A DNA stretch of 64,000 nucleotides, from the NCBI GenBank assembly GCA_963769425.1, contig CAVYLP010000006.1:192001-256000 (forward strand), given 5' to 3'. Shown here piece by piece: positions 9,720 through 19,660 of the stretch (its first letter is position 1; every line of letters begins with the position of its first letter). This stretch comes from Candidatus Bathyarchaeota archaeon (GTDB lineage Archaea; Thermoproteota; Bathyarchaeia; TCS64). The notes under the pieces are model-generated. The model was not told the origin of the DNA and made no database searches. It worked only from the letters and a program-made list of their open reading frames with translations. The translations under genes and the position numbers were made by a program.

Positions 9720-11564
9720 TTACTTGTTGTCGGTTGTTGCCTCGACACCTTTCTCTTCTTTGAATTGCATCTTGTAGAATGAGCTGTAAAGTCCATTAAG
9801 CTTCATCAGTTCGAAGTGTGATCCCTTCTCGACGATTCTCCCCTGATCTATGACCAGGATCTCGTCACAGAGCCTAATCGTTGAAAGTCTATGAGCTATT
9901 ATTATCGCCATTCTGTTTTCAAGGAGTTTCTTCAACGCGTTTTGTAGCACGAGTTCGGTGTAGGGGTCTATGCTTGAGGTGGCCTCGTCTAGGATCAGTA
10001 GCTTTGGGTTCAGCAGAAGTGTTCTTGCGAAGCTTATCAGTTGTCTCTGTCCTATCGAAATGTTTGATGAGCCTTCCTCTATGATGTAGTCGTATCCTCC
10101 GGGTAGTTTCATTATGAAATCATGTGCACCGACGGTTTTGGCTGCCTCGATAACTGCCTCGTCGGATGCGTCGGGTTTTCCGAATCTAATGTTATCTCTT
10201 ACGCTGATGGCAAATAGGAAGGAGTCCTGGAGAACAGTGCTCATGTTTCCTCGAAGAGATGCGATCGTAATATCCTTGATGTCGTGTCCGTTTACTAGTA
10301 TTCTCCCGCTTATGGGGTCGTAGAACCTCTCAAGGAGATTTATTATTGTGCTCTTACCAGCGCCTGTAGGCCCGACTATGGCGAGCTTCTTTGAACCTTC
10401 TAGATCCAGGTTTACGTCGTGTATGACTGGATTTTGTGGGTCGTAACCGAATGTGATGTCCTCAAATTTCACTTCATTTATTGTATCAATCTTTATGGCT
10501 TTGTCTGGCGAGGGATCATCTACATCAACTTTAGTGTCTACTAAGTCGAAGATTCTTTCTAATGCGGACATGCATGATTGGTATTGGTCATAAGCGGTTA
10601 GGAACGTGGTGAGTGGTCCAAAATAGTTGAACTGATACTCTAGGAACGCTGCGAGTATTCCTAGGTTGATCTGGCCGTTTATAACGAGAATTGTGCCATA
10701 CCATAGTATTAGTACTGTTCCAACAATCCTCATAGTCAGTATGAGTGGTGTGTATATTGTTGATAGGAGGATGGTGCGTTTGTATGATTGAACAGTTTTT
10801 TCATTAACAACATCAAATTCTTGTTCAGCCTTATCTTCTTTTACGAATGCTTTTACGATCTTCATTCCTGCGAAGTTCTCTTGCATCTTGGCTATCAGGC
10901 CTGCAAGATTTGTGAGAGTCTTTCTATACTGTTTTCTTGATAGTCCTCCCATGACCCATGTCATGATTACTGCTATTGGAAGGATCGAGACTGCTAGTAA
11001 TGCAAGTTGCCAGTTTAGGAAGAATATTATTACCAATGCGCCTGCAATTGAGGCCGCATCGAGAATCATCGCTGTTAATCCCATTCTTAAGAATATTCTG
11101 ACCTGGTTTGCGTCTGTTGTCGGCCTCGACATTATACGCCCTATCTCTCCTTCTGAGAAGTACTTGAGCGATATTTTCTGTAATTTAACGGTACACTGGT
11201 TTCTAAGATTCATTACGACGTGTTCGCCGACGATTCTCATCTGATATGTCTGAATGTACTGGAAGACGTAGGTGGCTATTGTTACCCCGATGAATAGGGG
11301 GACCCACCAGATGAACGCTGAGATATATGAGCTATCGCGATTCTGTATTGTTGGAGTTATTATATTGTTTATAGCGATTAGGTGGAGGTATGGTGTGACA
11401 AGCCCCGTAAATGCACCTCCGGCGATGGCGATTGTGCCGAGAATCAAGTTCTTCTTGTAAACTACTATGTAATCCCAGAGTCTACCGATTAGTACTCCGT
11501 CAGCGACTTTTCTCTTCCCTCTCTCCTCCACTTTTGTTGAGAAGGTATTATGTTCATCAGACAA
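9720..11564 (-). CDS. ABC exporter, fused permease/ATPase (heterodimer subunit B)
   Basis: TM domain plus GPTGAGKS, ISIGQRQ and LILDEATS. Confidence 0.92.
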   Translation of the reverse strand: MSDEHNTFSTKVEERGKRKVADGVLIGRLWDYIVVYKKNLILGTIAIAGGAFTGLVTPYLHLIAINNIITPTIQNRDSSYISAFIWWVPLFIGVTIATYVFQYIQTYQMRIVGEHVVMNLRNQCTVKLQKISLKYFSEGEIGRIMSRPTTDANQVRIFLRMGLTAMILDAASIAGALVIIFFLNWQLALLAVSILPIAVIMTWVMGGLSRKQYRKTLTNLAGLIAKMQENFAGMKIVKAFVKEDKAEQEFDVVNEKTVQSYKRTILLSTIYTPLILTMRIVGTVLILWYGTILVINGQINLGILAAFLEYQFNYFGPLTTFLTAYDQYQSCMSALERIFDLVDTKVDVDDPSPDKAIKIDTINEVKFEDITFGYDPQNPVIHDVNLDLEGSKKLAIVGPTGAGKSTIINLLERFYDPISGRILVNGHDIKDITIASLRGNMSTVLQDSFLFAISVRDNIRFGKPDASDEAVIEAAKTVGAHDFIMKLPGGYDYIIEEGSSNISIGQRQLISFARTLLLNPKLLILDEATSSIDPYTELVLQNALKKLLENRMAIIIAHRLSTIRLCDEILVIDQGRIVEKGSHFELMKLNGLYSSFYKMQFKEEKGVEATTDNK

Positions 11565-11565
11565 T

Positions 11566-13410
11566 TTATTGATCGACCTCCAGTATCTCTTCGGGGGTCT
11601 TCTCAAGGAACTGTGTCTCGTATATTTTCTTGTATACCCTTCCCTTAGCCATTAGTTCATTGTGTGTTCCGAACTCGATGATTTCGCCATCATCAAGAAC
11701 CATTATTCTATCGGCATTCTTTATTGTTGAGAGCCTCTGGGCGATTATGAAGCATGTTCTACCCTTCAAAGCTTCATCAATTGCATCTTGTATTGCCTGT
11801 TCAGTCTTTGCGTCCACGAATGAGAGAGAGTCGTCTAGGATCAGGATCTTGGGGTTCGTTAACAGAGCCCTTGCGATGGTAAGCCTTTGTTTCTGGCCTC
11901 CTGAAAGGGTGACACCTCTCTCACCAACAAGTGTATCGTATCCCTCTGGGAGTGTCTCAATGAAGTCATCTATCTTGGCCATTTTTGCAACGGCTTTGAT
12001 CTCATCAATAGATGCGTCGTCTCTTCCAAATGCGATATTACTTTTTATTGTGCCCGAGAACAGGAATACGTCTTGAAGGACTAGCCCTACCTGTTTTCTG
12101 AGGAATGAGACCTTAAAATCCCTGATGTCTGTTCCATCTATTGATATGTTCCCTGAGTTGATGTCATAGAATCGGGGGATTAGATATACCAGAGATGTTT
12201 TTCCTGTTCCAGTTGCTCCGAGAATGGCTATTTTTTCCCCAGGATTAGCTATGAAACTGATGTTTTTTAGTATAGGTCTGTCCTTGACATATCCAAAAGT
12301 CACATCTTTGAATTCAACTTCTCCCTTTTCTATTTTGACATCTCTTGCATCTGGTCTGTTTATTACATCTCCGGGCAGATCGATTATATCGAAGAGTCTT
12401 TCGGATGCAGCTGTTGCGTTACTGAGACCTCCTATGAAGAAATGACTAAAATCACGAATGGGCCCAGTCGATCTCAAGACATACCTCGCATAGATCAGTA
12501 TCAACCCAAGTGACAATCCTAATGATAATATCATGTCTGTCCCGTAGACGTAGACTAATGTGATGCTCAGCGTTAGTATGGCAGTTGCAGAAGGCATGTA
12601 TATTGCTTGGATCTTCCCTGCTCTGATTGCGATGTCAACGTATTTTTCGTTAATATCTCTATCACCCACCTGCATTTCGTCTTCTCGTTGAAATATTCGG
12701 ATATTTTTCATTCCCACGATGTTCTGTTGCACATAAGAGCCGATTCGTCCTAAGATTAGCTGCATCTTCCTGAAGAGTGGCATCGTCAGCATGAAGTTCT
12801 TGGACTGGAAATAGAAAATGAAGGGAAGGGGTAACATCGCTATTACCGCCATGACCGGGTTTAACGTATAACATACCCAAAATATGAAAATCAATGTGAA
12901 AACAAGATTAGTTAATGTGCTAACCCATATTCTGAGGAAGCCGTCTACAAACATCAGTTCCTGTGTTGGCCTTGAGGTAAGGTCTCCTACAGGATTTGTG
13001 TCAAAAAAAGTAAAGGATTTTTCTTGACATGATTTGTAGTATTCCTTTCTTATATTTCCCATAACCATCTGCGAGACTATACCATTTAGGTATATTATTA
13101 CCCAATTGACTACAGCGAAACCTACTACCGCCACAAATATGTAAAGGAGTAAAGTTGAAAGAAGAGCAATATTACTAGTTGTCGGAGGGTTGCTTCCAAT
13201 AACGTAATCTATGAGTTGAGAGGTATACAGAGGCTCAAGAAGAAATAAGAATGATCTTAAGATAGCTAGCGTAGAAATGAAGACAATAATTGGGGTATAG
13301 GGTTTATGATATACCATAAGTCTCCTAAAAGCCTTTATTTGAGTAGAGAGGGCTTTTCGATTCTCCTCAATGGAATCGATATATCCAAGAATTGGTTTGG
13401 CAACAGCCAT
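11566..13410 (-). CDS. ABC exporter, fused permease/ATPase (heterodimer subunit A, degenerate site)
   Basis: GATGTGKT, LSGGQKQ; non-canonical Walker B ILDDSLS and AQRL switch, typical of heterodimeric exporters. Confidence 0.92.
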   Translation of the reverse strand: MAVAKPILGYIDSIEENRKALSTQIKAFRRLMVYHKPYTPIIVFISTLAILRSFLFLLEPLYTSQLIDYVIGSNPPTTSNIALLSTLLLYIFVAVVGFAVVNWVIIYLNGIVSQMVMGNIRKEYYKSCQEKSFTFFDTNPVGDLTSRPTQELMFVDGFLRIWVSTLTNLVFTLIFIFWVCYTLNPVMAVIAMLPLPFIFYFQSKNFMLTMPLFRKMQLILGRIGSYVQQNIVGMKNIRIFQREDEMQVGDRDINEKYVDIAIRAGKIQAIYMPSATAILTLSITLVYVYGTDMILSLGLSLGLILIYARYVLRSTGPIRDFSHFFIGGLSNATAASERLFDIIDLPGDVINRPDARDVKIEKGEVEFKDVTFGYVKDRPILKNISFIANPGEKIAILGATGTGKTSLVYLIPRFYDINSGNISIDGTDIRDFKVSFLRKQVGLVLQDVFLFSGTIKSNIAFGRDDASIDEIKAVAKMAKIDDFIETLPEGYDTLVGERGVTLSGGQKQRLTIARALLTNPKILILDDSLSFVDAKTEQAIQDAIDEALKGRTCFIIAQRLSTIKNADRIMVLDDGEIIEFGTHNELMAKGRVYKKIYETQFLEKTPEEILEVDQ

Positions 13411-13767
13411 TTTCAGGACTTCGTTAAACAATAATCGATTAGTAAATACTTATACGCTTATCGCTGGGTTAAACTGTCTGGATAAAAATTGGACAAATGT
13501 TTGCCTGTATTTTTTAATTTGACAGGTAATACGCACGTAAACTTGAAATATGATGGGTTGAATAACAGGTTGAATCAACTGGTGGTTTACCTGTCAAAAA
13601 GAATTGAGGCCTTTCTATATTATGGTCTAAGCGCGGTTGTAGTGATCGTCATCGTTATCCTCATACGCTCCATCAATATTGCAGCATAAATACATTCAAC
13701 GATTGCAAGTTTTTTAACTCAAATTGTAAGCATAAGTTTATTAAAATTGAAAAATAATTAAAAAGTA

Positions 13768-14352
13768 ATGGAGTCTTCTTCTAGATTTTCGATTTTTGTC
13801 ATCATATTGTCCCTCAGCTCTATCTTAGGATTCGCTGAAGGTTTTTTTATATGTTACGTCTTCACATTAAATGCATATTATTTGTCGGCCACACTTGGAT
13901 TCAGCCTTCTATTAATTGGTAGCTTGTTTTGGTTTTACTTTTATTTCATGAAGGTCGAACCATATTCCTCGAATACTAGTGCACCCCTTACCCAGATGCC
14001 TGTTACACGAGACTTTGTTAATCCTACCTACCGTAGAGTTCCGATTGATATCCTGGAGGCTCAGGAGGGTAGAGAACACCTCGTAGACATCGTAGAAAAT
14101 AATAAAACTATTCATATTATCGCTGAGCTTCCAATCGTTGGCATGAGTTATGTTAACTTCAACTGTTTAGGTAGGATGCTCATCCTCTCTTTCGACGTTG
14201 GAAACAATAGGTACTATAAAGATATCGAACTTCCATCTATGGTCAATTCCAATAGTGGTAAAGTTAAATTAAATAACTGGATCGTTGAATTAGATTTAAC
14301 AAAGATTAAAATGGAGAATTTGGAAGAAGATCAGTTAAAGCAAGAGTTTTGA
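13768..14352 (+). CDS. Membrane protein with C-terminal Hsp20/alpha-crystallin-like domain
   Basis: Two N-terminal hydrophobic helices; LVDIVE..IHIIAELP...RYYKDIELP..V...NNWIVEL resembles archaeal Hsp20. Confidence 0.6.
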   Translation: MESSSRFSIFVIILSLSSILGFAEGFFICYVFTLNAYYLSATLGFSLLLIGSLFWFYFYFMKVEPYSSNTSAPLTQMPVTRDFVNPTYRRVPIDILEAQEGREHLVDIVENNKTIHIIAELPIVGMSYVNFNCLGRMLILSFDVGNNRYYKDIELPSMVNSNSGKVKLNNWIVELDLTKIKMENLEEDQLKQEF

Positions 14353-14556
14353 CTAATTAAGTAATCACCTACTCGAAGAAATCCAAGGTTTGGTCAACCA
14401 TTTTTTTTGAGCAAGTTTAATAGAAAACTGTGAATTATCTAGGCTTCCTTAAGTTTCCTTATCAAATCACTCATGGAGTATTAATCGTATTGTAAGGGAT
14501 GAGGTTAAAGCTAGACGAAAATGACTGAGAAGGGTATAAGTGAAGTAACCTAATAC

Positions 14557-14865
14557 TCACTTAATTTCCATTTCTATATAGACTTCGTTAGGTACCCTAA
14601 TTCTCATGATGCTGCGCATCACGCGATCGCGCGCATCGATTTCTATGAGTCTCTTGTGTACCCGCATCTCGTACTTGTCCCACGTCTTGCTGCCGTCGCC
14701 GCACGGCGTCCTCCGGGTGGGGACCACGAGCTTCTTCGTTGGCAGTGGTATGGGTCCTACAAGTTTGACGCCTATCTTCTGGGCGATGTCCCTGATCTCG
14801 TCGCAGACACCCTCAAGCTTCTCGGTGTCGGTGCTTGTGAGCTTAATACGTGCGCGCCGCGCCAT
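14557..14865 (-). CDS. rpsJ: 30S ribosomal protein S10
   Basis: GPIPLPTKKL..RRTPCGDGSKTWDKYEMRVHKRLI. Confidence 0.98.
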   Translation of the reverse strand: MARRARIKLTSTDTEKLEGVCDEIRDIAQKIGVKLVGPIPLPTKKLVVPTRRTPCGDGSKTWDKYEMRVHKRLIEIDARDRVMRSIMRIRVPNEVYIEMEIK

Positions 14866-14931
14866 ACCTGTTCCCCGTCTTGTCAGATTACTGAGAACTT
14901 AAATGTATCGAAAAAGGGTGGGTGAGGGCGT

Positions 14932-16227
14932 TTATTCCTCGACTTCGAGGACGATGCCCGCGCCGATGGTCGTGCCCATGTCTCGCAGGGCGAACCTGCC
15001 GAGCTGTGGGAAGTCCTTGAATGCCTCGATGGCGATGGGCTGGAGGGGTACGAACTTTACGATTGCGGCCTCTCCTGTCCTGAGGTATGTGGGGTTCTGC
15101 TCCACGACCTGTCCCGTCCTGGGGTCGAGCTTGGCCTCGATGGCCTCGAACTTGACCGCGATCTGGGCGGTGTGTATGTGCAGCACCGGGGTGTAGCCTG
15201 GGCCGACTGCTGTGGGGTGGTGGATTATGAAGATCCTGCCCTTGAAGGCCTTCGCGACCTTGCAGGGGGTGTTCAGGTGGCTGGCGACCTCGCCGCGTTT
15301 TATCTTTTCGCGGTCGACGCCTTTGACGTTGAAGCCGATGTTGTCACCGGGGACTGCCTGCTCTAGGCGTGTGTAGTGGGTCTCGATGCTGTTGACTTTG
15401 CCCTTCTCGCCGCTCGGCATGAAGACGATGTCGTCGTTCACCTTGAGTACGCCAGTCTCGACTTTGCCAACTGGGGTAGTGCCCACACCACGGATGGTGT
15501 AGATCTCCTGAACAGGGATCCTTAGGGGCTTGTCAGTAGGCTTGGGGGGCATCGTGAAGGTGTCGAGTGCCTCGAGGAGCGTTGGGCCCTTGTACCAGGG
15601 CATGTTCGCGCTCTTCTTGACGAGGTTGTCGCCTCCCCAGCCGCTTGTGGGGACGAAGTTGACCTTGCTCGTATCGTAGCCGACTAGTTTGAGGAGGGTT
15701 GTGATGCCATCCTTGACTTCCTGGTAGCGCTGCTCGCTCCAAGCGACGGTCGGGTCGTCCATCTTGTTTATTGCGACGACGATCTGCCTAACTCCTAGGG
15801 TATAGGCGAGGAAGGCGTGCTCACGAGTCTGGCCTCCGGGGTTTGTCCCTGACTCATACTCGCCTTTCTTGGCGGAGATGAGGAGGATCGCGCCGTCTGC
15901 CTGGCTTGCACCGGTGACCATGTTCTTGACGAAGTCGCGGTGGCCGGGGCTGTCGATGACGGTGAAGAAGTTCTTCGCCGTCTCTAGCTTGTAGAAGGCG
16001 AGGTCGATGGTGATACCACGTTCGCGCTCCTCCTTGAGCCTGTCGAGGAGCCATGCGTACTTGAAGGACTCCTTGCCCATGGCTTTGGACTCTGCTTCCA
16101 TATCCTTCGCATATTTTTCGTCAATGGCGCCGGCGTCATAGAATAGGTGGCCAATGCTCGTGCTCTTACCGTGATCAACGTGTCCGATGATGATCAGGTT
16201 AATGTGTGGCTTCTCTTTACCGCTCAT
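14932..16227 (-). CDS. tuf: Translation elongation factor EF-1alpha
   Basis: GHVDHGKS, ERERGITID, DSPGHRDF, NKMD, LGRFALRDMG. Confidence 0.99.
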   Translation of the reverse strand: MSGKEKPHINLIIIGHVDHGKSTSIGHLFYDAGAIDEKYAKDMEAESKAMGKESFKYAWLLDRLKEERERGITIDLAFYKLETAKNFFTVIDSPGHRDFVKNMVTGASQADGAILLISAKKGEYESGTNPGGQTREHAFLAYTLGVRQIVVAINKMDDPTVAWSEQRYQEVKDGITTLLKLVGYDTSKVNFVPTSGWGGDNLVKKSANMPWYKGPTLLEALDTFTMPPKPTDKPLRIPVQEIYTIRGVGTTPVGKVETGVLKVNDDIVFMPSGEKGKVNSIETHYTRLEQAVPGDNIGFNVKGVDREKIKRGEVASHLNTPCKVAKAFKGRIFIIHHPTAVGPGYTPVLHIHTAQIAVKFEAIEAKLDPRTGQVVEQNPTYLRTGEAAIVKFVPLQPIAIEAFKDFPQLGRFALRDMGTTIGAGIVLEVEE

Positions 16228-16686
16228 TTCTCTAATCTCCTACTCAATCCGAACTGGATGGTGGATAAAAAGGTTCGGTTCACATCTATAAACCATACTA
16301 ATTAGTCCTCGTGGCAACCTCTAATTCTGGGTAAACATCGGCAACAAGAAAATTACATAGATATAACCCTCGAAAAAAGAGCACCTTTCTTAGACGTCAT
16401 AAGAACATATCCAAAGTATCTGAGATCCCCAAAACTAGTTAATCTGCGAATTTTTTTTTCAAATATGACCTGCTACGGTCATAAGGGAGACTTGAAAACA
16501 GCTCCTTTTCACATGACTACTTTGACTAGCTAATTCATTTATCTTGGAATGTTTAATTTAGAATTATTTTAATCAGATTAATCATTGAACCAACTTCTTG
16601 CAACCTGTTTTACACCTAACCAATGAAAATTTCTAATATGCGTAAAGTTTAAACATGTCAGCCGACACCGGAAGGTGGAGAATCGC

Positions 16687-17115
16687 TTGACTAACGGTAT
16701 GTTCTCTGCCCGCAGGCTCAAAAATAACAGGAGGGCTATGCGGTACAAGAGCAAGGACTTCGTCCTCCGAATGAAGCGCCGAACTACGAAGAAGGATCTC
16801 CTCATGGGCGCTCCAATGGGCAGGGGCATCGTACTCCAGAAGGTGGGCGTCGAGTCCAAGCAGCCAAACTCCGCCATCCGCAAGTGCGTTCGCATCCAGA
16901 TCATCAAGAACGGCCGACTCGCCACGGCTTTCCTCCCCGGCGACGGCGCCCTCAACTTCGTCGACGAACACGACGAGGTCACCATCGAGGGCATCCACGG
17001 CCCCCGCAGCCGCAGCATGGGGGACATTCCCGGCGTCCGCTACAAGGTGAGCGCCGTGAACGGTGTCCCACTTAATCTCCTGGTCGTCGGAAAGATCCAG
17101 AAGCCCACCAGGTAA
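16687..17115 (+). CDS. rpsL: 30S ribosomal protein S12
   Basis: [24 protein letters not shown]. Confidence 0.98.
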   Translation: MTNGMFSARRLKNNRRAMRYKSKDFVLRMKRRTTKKDLLMGAPMGRGIVLQKVGVESKQPNSAIRKCVRIQIIKNGRLATAFLPGDGALNFVDEHDEVTIEGIHGPRSRSMGDIPGVRYKVSAVNGVPLNLLVVGKIQKPTR

Positions 17116-17142
17116 AGCGGGTAAAGGTTTTCAGCGTCTCAA

Positions 17143-18333
17143 TTAGACGAGCTTCTTGTTTATTGGCTTGGTTTCCTTCGCTATTAGGCTTGGTACGAAG
17201 GCTACCGCGAAGAGAATGGATGATAGGTAGAAGGTCCATGAGGCGCCCTGGGCGGCGAGCACCCAAGTCATTATAATCGGGCCGGTTATTGAGCCCAGGT
17301 CGAAGAAGGTGCGGTACGTCCCGACGGCGGCCCCCCGGCTCTCCGCCTCAACCGACTCCGCGGCGAAGACTGGGCCGATTATCCAAATCGCCCCCGTCGT
17401 AATCCCGAGTAGGAAGAAGATAGCCGATGTCATGACGAGCCCGGAGACCAAAGTCAACGGCAGGACCATTACGGCGGTCGCCGCGATCCCGAACATCAGG
17501 ACCGGTTTTCTGCCGATCCTATCGGATATCATCCCCATAGTGAATATGGCGAGGACGTAGCCGATGGACATGGCGCCCATTATGATGCCTATGTCAGTCA
17601 GGCTCATCTTCAGGGTCCCGTTGGCGTACAGCGGGTAGGTTGTGTAGAGTACACCCTGGCTCACCACGAAGGAGACGAATGTCGCTAAACATACGGTGAG
17701 GAGCGTCCTGTTGCGGAACATCTTCGGGATGTCGGAGAGGTTCATCGGCCGGGACTTCGGGATGGTTAAGGCTTCTTTCTTGATTCTCGGTATTAGTATG
17801 AGGGCTACGGCGATGACGCAGAGTATGGCGGCGAGTATGAAGCCGCCAAAGAAGCCGAGCTCGGTGATGAGAAACCCGCTGACGGTTGAGCCTAGGATGG
17901 TCCCGCTGAATTCGATCCCCTGGAATATCCCCATCGCGCTCCCTCGGGTCTCGATGGGAAACATGTTCAGGATGAGGGTCATCGAGACGGCGAAGAAGAG
18001 GGGCGCGCCGAATCCCTGCAGCCCCCTCGCTATGATCAGCTGAACGGGGTCCGTGACGAAGGCGTTATAGAATGTGCCTATCGTGGTGAGGATGAGGCCG
18101 AGGAACATGGGCCAGTAGTAGCCCCAGCGGGAGGAGATGAAGCCGCTCGGTATCTCGAGCAGCACCCTCGCCACCCAGTAGGCGGCGACGCTGAAGCCTA
18201 TCATCACACCCGTGGCGCCTAGCGACTTCGCGAATATCGAGAGGAGGGGGTTGATCAGACTCGTGGAGAACATTGCGAGGAGGGCGACGACGCATAGGAT
18301 TACGTAGGAAACGCTGTAGCCTTTTCGCGACAT
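17143..18333 (-). CDS. MFS transporter
   Basis: Many hydrophobic segments; motif-A-like SDRIGRKPV. Confidence 0.9.
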   Translation of the reverse strand: MSRKGYSVSYVILCVVALLAMFSTSLINPLLSIFAKSLGATGVMIGFSVAAYWVARVLLEIPSGFISSRWGYYWPMFLGLILTTIGTFYNAFVTDPVQLIIARGLQGFGAPLFFAVSMTLILNMFPIETRGSAMGIFQGIEFSGTILGSTVSGFLITELGFFGGFILAAILCVIAVALILIPRIKKEALTIPKSRPMNLSDIPKMFRNRTLLTVCLATFVSFVVSQGVLYTTYPLYANGTLKMSLTDIGIIMGAMSIGYVLAIFTMGMISDRIGRKPVLMFGIAATAVMVLPLTLVSGLVMTSAIFFLLGITTGAIWIIGPVFAAESVEAESRGAAVGTYRTFFDLGSITGPIIMTWVLAAQGASWTFYLSSILFAVAFVPSLIAKETKPINKKLV

Positions 18334-18374
18334 TGTACCCTTAGCGCTCTATATCTCGTTATTATAAGTCTGGT

Positions 18375-18383
18375 GATCTTCGG
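18375..18383 (+). repeat. Left target-site duplication GATCTTCGG
   Basis: Identical 9-mer at 24312-24320; both copies directly abut the TIRs. Confidence 0.92.
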
Positions 18384-18407
18384 GATACTGTTCAGTCTTT
18401 TGTCATA
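18384..18407 (+). repeat. Left terminal inverted repeat GATACTGTTCAGTCTTTTGTCATA
   Basis: Exact reverse complement of 24288-24311. Confidence 0.95.
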
Positions 18408-18422
18408 GTAGGATTTAACTGA

Positions 18423-19571
18423 CTATGTGATGGACGGGATTGGTTGAAGATCTCTCTCTAACTCAAGATTAGTTGTGTTGGATATTTTCTTTACCGGGTA
18501 AACGCTGAATGCCTCTTCAAAACTATCGGCTTTTCTAAACTTCTTGACTAATCCTTCGTAAGGAGGAAATGCCCCCCCATAACCAAGTATTCTCCTTGCG
18601 TTACCAACCATTTTTAATTGTTGATCCGTCCATAATGGTGATTTAAACTGGTTTTTTTCCAATGAGGTTAATGGTTCATATCTCATTGGATAAGATACAC
18701 ACCCTAGATCTGCAACTAATCGCGTTCGTTCAAAAAATGAATACGGATTATCACCACCGTAACTTTCATCGTAAAAATTGTAAATTGTGTAAAAGAAGAT
18801 CTTCCGTTTTCTTATACCACTTTGCGAAAGACGTTCTATGGCTTTTGTAACCTGTATTTTTTCATTATTATCATCAAACGCAGTCCTGATTATAGGAGTT
18901 GTTAGATCCGCTATCATACGGGCTTTCTCATCATCGATGAGACGACAATCAATTCCTTGGTTAAAATCAACAGGCAATCCTATGTCCCGTAGAGCAACAA
19001 GCATTTTTCTCCAATTTGGAGATGCAAGGATATTATTATCCCATAGAATAATTCTCTTATGACCCGGATAGACATAACGCTCTAACTCTTCTATTACAGA
19101 ATGAATCTTCCCTTCTAGTTTTGGAACAATGCAAAAAGGGCAGCTTCTGATACATCCTCTTGAAGTGAAAAGGATTGTACTATCCCATTTTTTCCATCGT
19201 TCGACATCATCTAAAATATCATATGCTGGAATGTAACTATCCGCTTTCTCAAAAAGTCCTGTGTGAACCTCTGTAAATGGAAAAAATGATTTAACTCTCT
19301 CAGACATTAATGATGCATAAATTCCTCCAACCCGTATCCTTGCATCAAGATATTTAGCATGGTAAAATTCGATTGCCTCATGCACCGGTTTCCATGCATA
19401 GGTGAATAAGGAGGTTATTTCTACAATATCAGGTTTAAAACTCCCATCCTCCTCCATACCATGGACGAGTTTAACTTGGTTACCTCTGGAACGATGGTAC
19501 GAAGCTAACTTGAGTAATCCGAGGGGAGGGAAACCGCTATAATATGCGGGCTCAACGAGCAGAACTTTCAT
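18423..19571 (-). CDS. Radical SAM protein with N-terminal B12-binding-like domain
   Basis: SRGCIRSCPFC (CxxxCxxC); N-terminal PPLGLLKLASYH and RVGGIYASL; WDNN and DFNQGID. Confidence 0.85.
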   Translation of the reverse strand: MKVLLVEPAYYSGFPPLGLLKLASYHRSRGNQVKLVHGMEEDGSFKPDIVEITSLFTYAWKPVHEAIEFYHAKYLDARIRVGGIYASLMSERVKSFFPFTEVHTGLFEKADSYIPAYDILDDVERWKKWDSTILFTSRGCIRSCPFCIVPKLEGKIHSVIEELERYVYPGHKRIILWDNNILASPNWRKMLVALRDIGLPVDFNQGIDCRLIDDEKARMIADLTTPIIRTAFDDNNEKIQVTKAIERLSQSGIRKRKIFFYTIYNFYDESYGGDNPYSFFERTRLVADLGCVSYPMRYEPLTSLEKNQFKSPLWTDQQLKMVGNARRILGYGGAFPPYEGLVKKFRKADSFEEAFSVYPVKKISNTTNLELERDLQPIPSIT

Positions 19572-19660
19572 AGGGAATGAAGCAATTTTAGGGGATAAAA
19601 ATGTTTCTGATAAAAATGGAAAAAAGGATCCAATAATGTATTTTATTATGGATTCCCTTT

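Noticed and set aside
13489-13689. 66-aa ORF with hydrophobic tail
   Set aside because: TTG start in an AT-rich spacer with no motif support.
16230-16680. AT-rich intergenic region as a replication origin
   Set aside because: No ORB repeats or adjacent cdc6/orc1 seen; only a short TATGACC/GGTCATA palindrome.
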